Shown piece after piece: positions 8,352-15,937 of a stretch of 64,000 nt of DNA. The stretch is taken from the IMG/VR virus record IMGVR_UViG_3300012943_000029, positions 2,176 through 66,175 of that record; one strand, written 5' to 3'. The position numbers and the translations under genes are program-made. A model generated the notes under the pieces. The model saw nothing but the letters and a program-made list of their open reading frames with translations, had not been told where the DNA came from and searched no databases. Source of the DNA: a virus. Position 1 is the first letter of the stretch, and each line of letters starts with the position of its first letter.

Positions 8352-11318
8352 TTAACCGGGCGCTTGACGCCCTGTGATAAATCCATTCGCCGTTGGGATC
8401 TGTCGTGCCTGACTATTCAGCCTTGCAGCGACGGCGCGCTGTGGGCCTTCATTACCTGCAGCAGCCATGGCTTGAAGCACTGTGACCGCCTTGACCATGT
8501 TGTCGGCGATTGTCGCCAGGTAGTCGTGGGCCGTAGCGTCCTGCACGTTGGCAACGCGCTCGCCCTCATCATTCGTACTTGAGGTATCAGACAGGTTATT
8601 TACTGATGAACTTTCGGCTTCTTGACCTGGCTGACTGACGCTAGGTTGAGCTTTCGCGATGTCTCTTGCTGCCAGACCTGCGTCGATTGCCAGGCTGCCA
8701 GCCGTTCCTAGACCTGGAACGGTGCTTGCCGCACCTGAGGCAACCTCTAGACCTGCACCAGTCCAGTCTCCGGACAGCGCTCTTGAGGCACCAAATCCTA
8801 GACCTGCGAGAAGGCCGATGAGCGGGATCTTCTTGAGGAGGGACTTACCAACTGCCTTGGCGCCAATCTTACCTGCACCACCCGCGGCGAACCTGCCCAG
8901 GGCACCACCACCCCTTGTTGCCAGACCTGCACCCTTGCCCAGGACGCTACCCAGGCCACCACCAAGCTTGGTAGCTGCCTTGGCACCTAGGCCACCGATT
9001 GCTCCGAGACCCTTACCAAGCATTCCACCACCGCCGCGGACAATACCGCCAAGCATTCCACCACCACCCGGCAGTGATTTGCTTGCGCCACGAAGGCTGA
9101 AAATAAAGGCGGCCAGTGCGGCAGTACCCGATAGGAGGGCTACCACGAAGGTGTTTTTCATGACCGAACTAATTTGATTGAGCGTCTGACTGATATCTGC
9201 AACGGCAGCAGAACCTTGCGACTTATCACCCATCTTCTTAGCGGTTGCGTCGTCTACATCAAGGCCAGCGGCCTTCTTCTGCGCGAGCTCCTTACCAGCG
9301 TTGATCATGTTACCTAGCTCACCGCCAGGCGAGATAAGTTCTGCAAGCGTTTGCGCGGCTTCACCAGCACCCTCGCTCTGGCCATAAGCGTCAGTAACTC
9401 TGCGCTCAATGCCGGCGCCGGCCCTTCCGGCCAGCTGCTGAAGTTCTGTCTTCTCAGCGTCTGTTTTTCTTCCCTTGCGCGCCAGCTGCATGATGCGCAT
9501 CTGCTCTTGAGGGCTCATGCCTGCCTGAGCTGCAAGCATCATAGCCTTGGCGCCCTCACGGACGCGTGAGACTACACCTTCACGCTGCTGTGCTTCCTGC
9601 GCCTCAACAAGCTTCTGTGCCTGTGCTGTTGATAGACCAAGCTGAACATAGTTATCGCGCCGCGCGACGATCTCATCCGCGGCGGCCTCACGCTGCTGCT
9701 GGCTCATACCAAGCAGGGTGTTCTGAATTGATGAGTTGCTAAGAAGCTCAGCGTTGAGCTTCATGTAGTCGGCTGCCGAAATGTCAACGATGCCGCTGAT
9801 GCGCTTGAAGGACTGCATTGATTTGTCAATGAACTTCGGCAGCGCGTCAGCGCCCTTGAGGTTCGTGAAGCCTGACGCTGCAGCGTCCATCGCTGGGCCG
9901 ACGATCTCAGATGCCTGCTCCATGTTGTAGCCGAATTTTCTGAATGACTTACCGACGTTGCCAGTGAACGCACCAAAGTTATCGCCGTAGATACCCATCG
10001 CGCGCTTATTCTGCTGCATGAACTTGACTGTGTCCTCAAAGGACATACCCATCTTCATGCTTGCAATCTGTACGTTCTTGAACGAGGCTGGGATCTGCGC
10101 GGTGTTGAAACTGACGATCTCGCTCCAACCCTTCTTGACGGCTTCCTTGAAATCACCAAAGTATTTGGCGGCGGCACCTGCTTCAAAGAGGCTTTTACCA
10201 AAGAAGCGGGTCAGCACTCCAAGTTTCTTGAAACCGCCCTGCGTGTTTCCAAGTTCAGTCTGCAGGCCCTTGAGCTTGAACATGGCAGCGCCAAGAGGGC
10301 TGTTCGCAAGGTTGGCAGTGGCGTCAGCCTTACCAGAATACTTGGCATTCTGTTTCTGGATTTCCGCAAGTTCCTTAACGACCTCTACAAGATCGCTCAT
10401 ACCATTCTTAGTGCGGAGGTTCTCTAGCTTACCGTAATCGACTTGACCCTCAGTCATTACCTTATCGCCAACGTTGTAGCCCATGCCAGCAAGTTGTGCC
10501 GCTGCAGCGATGATCTGCTTCTTTACCTTCTTCTGGGTTTCAGTCGTGTCGCTTAGCATCTCCTTGATCTGATCTGTGCCCATCTTGGCAATGTCACCAA
10601 TGGTACCAACGTCAAGCTCAGCAACGGCGTCGTTAAGCGCAACCTCAGCCTCGCCAGCCTTGAGGCGCAACGCAGCGAACACGTTTTTGTCGAGGCCATG
10701 CTTGACACCGTTCGTGCTTTCATCCCACGCGCCCAGCGCTCTAAGAAGTCCCTGGTTAAGGGAGCCAGCAGCGCCCTGCAGCGAGCCTATCATCTCATGG
10801 TATTCTGTTGTGCCACGCTGGATCTCATGGCTTGACGCGATCATTGACGCGCTAAGCATTGATGAGCTACGCGCCTGCTGACTGAACTTGTTCGTCAGTG
10901 ACTTGACCGACGATGAGTACGACTTAAGGAAGCGGTCCTGCTCTGGCAGGCTCTTGGTGCTGAGGTACGTAACCTCGCGCTCTAGTTTTCTAAACGAGCC
11001 GGAAGAAGCAATGATGACGGCATTTGCTTTTTCAATCAGGTCTGTGTATTTCTTGTTGGTTACCTTGACGGTTGCGCCAGTATCCTGCATTGTCTCATCG
11101 ACAGTTTCAGCGGTAGTCGCAAGCTCGTCGAGAATGTCAGTGAGTTTTCCAGCGCTCTTCGCGAGCTCTTCGAGCTCTTCATCAGTGGCATCCGCTGTGC
11201 CAGACACGCCCTTGTAGACGTTCCTGGTCTTAGCAGGCCCTGTGCTCTTTGATGAGCCATAGAAGGCCTTCCTAATCAGGTCAAGGCCATTTTCAAGATC
11301 TTGATTGAGCTCAGCCAT
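8352..11318 (-). CDS. tail tape measure / gp29-like baseplate hub protein
   Basis: 988 aa, long helical Ala/Gln-rich region; Gly-rich segment followed by KSLLKKIPLIGLLAG...GDWTGAGLE, typical of T4-like tape measures. Confidence 0.75.
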   Translation of the reverse strand: MAELNQDLENGLDLIRKAFYGSSKSTGPAKTRNVYKGVSGTADATDEELEELAKSAGKLTDILDELATTAETVDETMQDTGATVKVTNKKYTDLIEKANAVIIASSGSFRKLEREVTYLSTKSLPEQDRFLKSYSSSVKSLTNKFSQQARSSSMLSASMIASSHEIQRGTTEYHEMIGSLQGAAGSLNQGLLRALGAWDESTNGVKHGLDKNVFAALRLKAGEAEVALNDAVAELDVGTIGDIAKMGTDQIKEMLSDTTETQKKVKKQIIAAAAQLAGMGYNVGDKVMTEGQVDYGKLENLRTKNGMSDLVEVVKELAEIQKQNAKYSGKADATANLANSPLGAAMFKLKGLQTELGNTQGGFKKLGVLTRFFGKSLFEAGAAAKYFGDFKEAVKKGWSEIVSFNTAQIPASFKNVQIASMKMGMSFEDTVKFMQQNKRAMGIYGDNFGAFTGNVGKSFRKFGYNMEQASEIVGPAMDAAASGFTNLKGADALPKFIDKSMQSFKRISGIVDISAADYMKLNAELLSNSSIQNTLLGMSQQQREAAADEIVARRDNYVQLGLSTAQAQKLVEAQEAQQREGVVSRVREGAKAMMLAAQAGMSPQEQMRIMQLARKGRKTDAEKTELQQLAGRAGAGIERRVTDAYGQSEGAGEAAQTLAELISPGGELGNMINAGKELAQKKAAGLDVDDATAKKMGDKSQGSAAVADISQTLNQISSVMKNTFVVALLSGTAALAAFIFSLRGASKSLPGGGGMLGGIVRGGGGMLGKGLGAIGGLGAKAATKLGGGLGSVLGKGAGLATRGGGALGRFAAGGAGKIGAKAVGKSLLKKIPLIGLLAGLGFGASRALSGDWTGAGLEVASGAASTVPGLGTAGSLAIDAGLAARDIAKAQPSVSQPGQEAESSSVNNLSDTSSTNDEGERVANVQDATAHDYLATIADNMVKAVTVLQAMAAAGNEGPQRAVAARLNSQARQIPTANGFITGRQAPG
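9016..9065. repeat. 17-bp direct repeat inside the tape measure gene
   Basis: CCAAGCATTCCACCACC at 9016 and 9049, encoding GGGMLG twice. Confidence 0.7.
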
Positions 11319-11353
11319 CTAGAAGTGCGTTCCGGTGAGGTAGTCCAGCGGCG

Positions 11354-11378
11354 TAAATAGGTGCCATAGGATATTTAT
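11354..11378. promoter_or_regulatory. pair of opposed late promoters
   Basis: TAAATA on + (11354-11359) and ATAAATA on - (11372-11378), between the divergent tape measure and gp26-like genes. Confidence 0.65.
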
Positions 11379-11416
11379 CCGCAATCCCGCATACCCAGAA
11401 CACATAGGAGACCCGG

Positions 11417-12214
11417 ATGTCTCAGACAACCAACCCACTCCTCGAAGGCCTAAAGCTGCCTGGACGCATGTTCCAGCTGCCATCAAGGGGGCTCTTCTAT
11501 AAGAATGGAGAGCTAGCTGACAACGTCAAGGACGGTGAAATTCACGTTCACCCGATGTCAGCTCTCGACGAGATCAACATGAAGAACCCAGATCAGCTCT
11601 TCAGCGGCGGCGCTGTCGAGACCGTCTTCTCACACTGCGTGGATGGCATCCTTAAGCCAGCCGAGCTCCTGTCGAAGGACGTTGACGCGGTCATGATCTT
11701 CTTGAGAACAGTAACCTACGGTCCTACGTACGAGTTTGTCGCGCGCCACACGTGCGAGAATGCCAAGGAGCATGCCAACACGGCCGACCTCGAAACTCTG
11801 ATCAACAAGATGGTGTTCCTTGATCCCACAACGATCGAGGCAACCTACACCGTCGACGTGAACATCAACAACCGCACCTTCGCGGTTAAGCTTCGCCCAA
11901 ACAAGTACCAGCAGGTGATCGATCTCATTCGAGAGAATGAGAACAAGAAGGAGATCACGTACGAGGATCAGCAGAAGAACCTCGTCGCTCTCATGATGGG
12001 CGTGGTGGAGGCCGTGAACGGCGTGACCAACACCGATCACATCCGTGAGTGGGTCGCAAGCATTCCCGCAACGGCCGTCAGCAAGATCGGTTCGAAGCTG
12101 GACAATATCAACAACTGGGGTTCGGACCTATTGGTCCCCGTGAAGTGCCGCGATTGCGGTGAAAACTTCAACGTTGAAATTCCGATCAACCCGGTGTCTT
12201 TCTTCACCGAATGA
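11417..12214 (+). CDS. gp26: baseplate hub assembly protein, T4 gp26-like
   Basis: LPSRGLFY, HPMSALDE, C-terminal CRDC and SFF ending; followed by a gp51-like ORF. Confidence 0.75.
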   Translation: MSQTTNPLLEGLKLPGRMFQLPSRGLFYKNGELADNVKDGEIHVHPMSALDEINMKNPDQLFSGGAVETVFSHCVDGILKPAELLSKDVDAVMIFLRTVTYGPTYEFVARHTCENAKEHANTADLETLINKMVFLDPTTIEATYTVDVNINNRTFAVKLRPNKYQQVIDLIRENENKKEITYEDQQKNLVALMMGVVEAVNGVTNTDHIREWVASIPATAVSKIGSKLDNINNWGSDLLVPVKCRDCGENFNVEIPINPVSFFTE

Positions 12215-12435
12215 TCTTGGCGGGCGACATGAACGCGGTCGGCGCGTTCAACGTCCGAATGGGTACAGAGGTTAGAGCGATTATCAAGTCAGTGCAGGAA
12301 ATCTCCTACTTTTCAAGAGGAGCTTGGCCATTCGATACCGTAAAGCACTGGACGCAAGCTGAAAGAGAGATGGCGGTTGACTTTATCAACGAGCGTCTTA
12401 AGCTAGCCGCAAAATCGATGTTCCCAGTCTACTGA
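12211..12435 (+). CDS. baseplate hub assembly catalyst, gp51-like
   Basis: 74 aa coupled by ATGA overlap; W-T-x-x-E-R-E-M-x-V-D-F-I pattern typical of tail chaperone partners. Confidence 0.6.
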   Translation: MILAGDMNAVGAFNVRMGTEVRAIIKSVQEISYFSRGAWPFDTVKHWTQAEREMAVDFINERLKLAAKSMFPVY

Positions 12436-12467
12436 TCGAGCCCGGAATTCAAACACTTTCACGGGCG

Positions 12468-12770
12468 TTAGTCGGAATTCAAGAGCTTGCGTAGCTCGTG
12501 GAACCTTTTCTTGTGATACCCCATTTCCTCAGCAATGAGGAACTGGCGGTGCTGCTCAGCATCCTCAACGGTATCAAAGAACTTGTGGTCCTTGTTGACC
12601 ATGTAGTAAGGGTGCGCCTTTCTATAGTCCTCAGCTGGAACTATCGTGAACTCAACATCACGCTCAATGCACCACCGGGTATCGGGTGGTGGGGTTGGGC
12701 CCTTATGCACGTCGCACAGCGCTTCACCACACTCAGGGCAAACCATCTCAGCTCTGTAGTGTCCCATCAT
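12468..12770 (-). CDS. small putative Zn-binding protein
   Basis: CPECGEALCDVH; SD GGAGGA. Confidence 0.65.
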   Translation of the reverse strand: MMGHYRAEMVCPECGEALCDVHKGPTPPPDTRWCIERDVEFTIVPAEDYRKAHPYYMVNKDHKFFDTVEDAEQHRQFLIAEEMGYHKKRFHELRKLLNSD

Positions 12771-12775
12771 TCCTC

Positions 12776-14032
12776 CTAGTCAACAGATACGCGAATAGAC
12801 GTCTCGCGAGCAATGTGGTGTATGAGCTCTTCAGGCGTCAAGTCGGATCTTACACCATCAACACCGTCATGTAGGTGCAGACCCGTCTTTCCTAGAGCAT
12901 TCCAAATCTTGTAGCGCGCCTCACGTTCCCATACGAAGTACTGTCTGAACACTTCCTTCTGGTTCTCACGCGTTGGCTTCTTGTTCACCATGAAGCATAG
13001 ATCCCGGCGCGCGGCAACAAACTGACGCACTAGCACCTGCAGCCGCTTACCAACCCGCAGCTTTTCGCTTGCGAGCATGTCAGGACAGGCCTCATGTATC
13101 AGCTGAACCGCCGTAGAGCGGCCAGAACCATTGGTCATAAGGGCAGGCGAGATGTTTGAGCCGTTGGCAATCGCCATGATGATCTTCTTCACGCGATCGA
13201 TGTTGTCATGGTTCGGCTCAATGCCTAAGGTCTCGCAGATCTCAGCCCTGAACTTTGACTTGTTGCCGTTGGCGCGCAGAAGTTCTGAATACTTAAGCTC
13301 GAGCCGCGTGCGGTTCTTGGCATACTTCTCTTCAAGGCGCTGCACTACAAACTGAAGGTACGAGTTGTCAATGTCGACAGACTGGCCAAACAGGGTACGG
13401 CGCAGCGCGGAGGGCCACAGCTCAATCGAGCGGATGGGCCAGACTGACTTGTCTCGAGCTCCAAGCTTTCCGGCTGGCTCGTAGTAGAACGTGAGCGGTG
13501 CTTCTTGCCTGCAGAGCCACTCAATAGGTGCGACGAGGTCCTGACGACCATCATGCTTCAACTCGGCGATGAGCGCCTTCACGTCGAATTTCTCGAGGTG
13601 AACCGTGCTCTTCGTCAGCTTTGGATTTGTTGGCGCAAAGCCAGGGTCGAACACGACCTCATCGGCGATGGCAGCGATGGCGTCCCACATCTTCTTGTTG
13701 AGCTTGCGTGGGGAAATAACTGATGGGGAACGGTTGCTGCTGTCGAAGCAGAAACCAATGCGCTTGACTGTGAAGAACTTATCGAGGATCTTACGGGCGT
13801 CCTTCACCTGGCGCGTGAGGTTCGTGATGAAGGTTTCGCGCTCGATGAAGCCCTCACTTCCTGGGTGGCGCTTGACGATGCGATACCACGCGAGGGCGAT
13901 GGAGATGATGAGCCCTTGGCGCGTTTTTCGCTTACGCCACCACATGCCCTTGAGAGCAAAGAAGTTTCCGACGTAGAGGGGATTGTTTCGTTCGAGCTCT
14001 CGCTCGATGTTAACCGGGTGGAATACCAGCAC
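12776..14032 (-). CDS. minimal family-A polymerase-like protein (palm/fingers only)
   Basis: Motif A-like SVDIDNSYLQF, motif B-like RVKKIIMAIANG, motif C-like LHLHDGV in the correct order; GTG start. Confidence 0.6.
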   Translation of the reverse strand: MLVFHPVNIERELERNNPLYVGNFFALKGMWWRKRKTRQGLIISIALAWYRIVKRHPGSEGFIERETFITNLTRQVKDARKILDKFFTVKRIGFCFDSSNRSPSVISPRKLNKKMWDAIAAIADEVVFDPGFAPTNPKLTKSTVHLEKFDVKALIAELKHDGRQDLVAPIEWLCRQEAPLTFYYEPAGKLGARDKSVWPIRSIELWPSALRRTLFGQSVDIDNSYLQFVVQRLEEKYAKNRTRLELKYSELLRANGNKSKFRAEICETLGIEPNHDNIDRVKKIIMAIANGSNISPALMTNGSGRSTAVQLIHEACPDMLASEKLRVGKRLQVLVRQFVAARRDLCFMVNKKPTRENQKEVFRQYFVWEREARYKIWNALGKTGLHLHDGVDGVRSDLTPEELIHHIARETSIRVSVD

Positions 14033-14513
14033 GCTTGATCCAAGCTCTTAGATTTGTAATGAGGTCAGCGTAGGTGTCAATGAGCAGAATGTTCGCACGA
14101 GAGCAGATGATCTCAATGTTGCCGCGTCGCCAAAAACCTGGTGGGCAGCAGGCGATGATGTCAGGGCGATCAGTCTCGCGCATGCCAGCAAGGTAGCCCA
14201 GCTCCATCAGCGTGATCGGTGACTTCGTGTTTGGGTCAAAGTAGAAGGCCGCGATGTCGGCCTCATAGATGAGGTGATCAAGTTCCCAGTTCACCTGCTC
14301 AGCGAAGCGAGCATCGTTGATGCTCTGCGTGATCGTGCTGTCCCAGTCGTCGCGGCGCGGGTTCAGGAAGATGACGTCGTCATCGTTGAAGTCTGCCTTG
14401 ACGCGGTCCTGCCACCTCTCGGCGGTATCCATCTCAATGGAGCCCGCGAGAAACACCGACGGCCACGAGTGATAGTGACCAGTGATGCGGTTTGGTGGCT
14501 GAACTTCAATCAT
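14010..14513 (-). CDS. nucleoside 2-deoxyribosyltransferase-like protein
   Basis: VFLAGSI, FLNPRRDDWD, EQVNWELDHL and KSPITLMELG motifs. Confidence 0.88.
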   Translation of the reverse strand: MIEVQPPNRITGHYHSWPSVFLAGSIEMDTAERWQDRVKADFNDDDVIFLNPRRDDWDSTITQSINDARFAEQVNWELDHLIYEADIAAFYFDPNTKSPITLMELGYLAGMRETDRPDIIACCPPGFWRRGNIEIICSRANILLIDTYADLITNLRAWIKRAGIPPG

Positions 14514-14519
14514 GCGGAC

Positions 14520-14528
14520 ATTCTATCA
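14520..14528 (-). promoter_or_regulatory. extended -10 promoter (TGaTAGAAT), predicted leaderless transcript
   Basis: -10 box ends 7 nt before the ATG at 14513; no SD; the element also overlaps tandem stop codons. Confidence 0.4.
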
Positions 14529-14792
14529 TCAACCGCGGCCGGACAGAACTGCCTGAACGCCGTGAACCTTCATCCTGTGGTATACGCCGCGTGGGCACAT
14601 TGGATCGAGGACGCGCGCATTCCTTGCTGCACGATGAACGATTTCCTCACCGTTCTCATCAAACTTGCCGGTGTGGATTACGTGATCACCCTGCTTCACC
14701 GCTCCGTAGCGGGTCCAAGGCTCCTTCAGAACTCCCTTCTTGAGGGCCTGACGAACTACCATTCGAATTGCCTTGGCTTTCTTGAGGTTCAT
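14529..14792 (-). CDS. hypothetical basic protein
   Basis: 87 aa, SD AAGGA, ATG start. Confidence 0.65.
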   Translation of the reverse strand: MNLKKAKAIRMVVRQALKKGVLKEPWTRYGAVKQGDHVIHTGKFDENGEEIVHRAARNARVLDPMCPRGVYHRMKVHGVQAVLSGRG

Positions 14793-15333
14793 TTGTGTTT
14801 TCCTTATTTGCTATGAGCGCACCATCAAACCAGAACTGCGGATACTTCAGCAGCTCTTCGAGATAGGTGATGTAAATTCTTTGACCATTGCCTTCAATGA
14901 CAAGCGGACATGGGTGGAACCCAATACCTGTCGTTGCCGCAAAGATCGGCGTGTTGTTCCACTTGAAGATGAGCAGCGGCCGGCGATCAATCTTGACAGC
15001 ATCGACCTCAGCTTCCTTCATCCATGCATAAACGTTAGATGTTCCGGAAACGAGTGAGGTGAATGGATCCTGGGTCTTGTAGAACTTACATTCAATGGAG
15101 TGCTTGAACGTAACGCCAGCCTCCTTCTCGTTGACAGGAACGACGTCGCCAACAAACAGCTTAAGCGCATCTGCACCGAACATCTGCCCAAGGGTCTCAA
15201 AGTTCTTACCGCCAACGCGGGCGCCAGAGCTCTGAGTGCGAATGAACTTCAGTGGCGATAGCGCCTCTGAAAGCTTCTTCGCTACTGTTCCCTCGAAGCC
15301 GTTGCCTTTCGCCTTGCCACCACCAGGTCTCAT
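14686..15333 (-). CDS. Holliday junction resolvase-like PD-(D/E)xK endonuclease
   Basis: KAKGNGFE, RTQSSGA, GDVV and IECKFYK motifs. Confidence 0.8.
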   Translation of the reverse strand: MRPGGGKAKGNGFEGTVAKKLSEALSPLKFIRTQSSGARVGGKNFETLGQMFGADALKLFVGDVVPVNEKEAGVTFKHSIECKFYKTQDPFTSLVSGTSNVYAWMKEAEVDAVKIDRRPLLIFKWNNTPIFAATTGIGFHPCPLVIEGNGQRIYITYLEELLKYPQFWFDGALIANKENTNEPQESQGNSNGSSSGPQEGSSEGALDPLRSGEAG

Positions 15334-15701
15334 GCTGCGGTATCCTTGTCGATGGCACCGATTGAGATGATGTTGTACTCGCTGACCTTGCCGTTCTCGT
15401 CGATCTTGCCGATGCCAGCGGTGCGGAACACGATCTTGTTCTCGGCGAGCAGCTTCTTCAGCTCTTCGCCTTTCTGTGTCTTCAGCACAGTCGCATTGCC
15501 AACGAGGTAGCCATCTTCAATGGAGAGGTTGTTCACAACGTGCGACACCTCTGACAGCTGGACGCTTGCTTCACTGGGCATGCCAAGGGTACCAAGCACC
15601 GCCTTGTTTTCTAGGCGATCGATGGCTGATTGAATTGTGGCTGTTGCGTAGATGCGTCCGTTTTTGTTGGCAGCGTCGAGCTTCAAAATCTTGATCTTCA
15701 T
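15330..15701 (-). CDS. degenerate prohead protease paralog (gp21 fold, catalytic positions substituted)
   Basis: NKNGRIY, LGTLGMP, VSHVV, VLKTQKGEELK and FRTAGIG align with gp21 at 5950..6564; start moved to the ATG at 15701. Confidence 0.8.
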   Translation of the reverse strand: MKIKILKLDAANKNGRIYATATIQSAIDRLENKAVLGTLGMPSEASVQLSEVSHVVNNLSIEDGYLVGNATVLKTQKGEELKKLLAENKIVFRTAGIGKIDENGKVSEYNIISIGAIDKDTAA

Positions 15702-15937
15702 TATCTGTCCTCTGACCAACGCTTATCACAAAGCGTGCAATGGAAATCTACCCAGTAGCAATCAGCTGATGGGTCGTAGTTGCCGGTGTTTGAGCGAGCT
15801 GTCTCATCTAGCCCCTCTTTGGGGTGAGTGCATTCTTTCTGAATGCGCTCAAGCTCGGCTGTTGCCTCAGCGATTATGAGCCTAATCTCATCAGCTCGCT
15901 GCTTAACCGTTTGTCCTAGTCTTGATAGTGGGATCAT
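15701..15937 (-). CDS. small putative Zn-binding protein
   Basis: CTH...CYW...CTLC pattern; coupled to gp46. Confidence 0.65.
   Translation of the reverse strand: MIPLSRLGQTVKQRADEIRLIIAEATAELERIQKECTHPKEGLDETARSNTGNYDPSADCYWVDFHCTLCDKRWSEDR

Noticed and set aside
12178-12214. Possible lambda G/GT-style -1 frameshift joining the gp26-like and gp51-like ORFs
   Set aside because: The -1 frame is open only from 12178 and there is no X XXY YYZ heptamer (only T TTC TTC); the ATGA overlap explains coupling.
14686-14792. 107-nt overlap of the resolvase-like C-terminus with the next ORF, suggesting a frameshift or recoding
   Set aside because: The extension is low-complexity and the downstream gene has its own SD; most simply a late stop codon.
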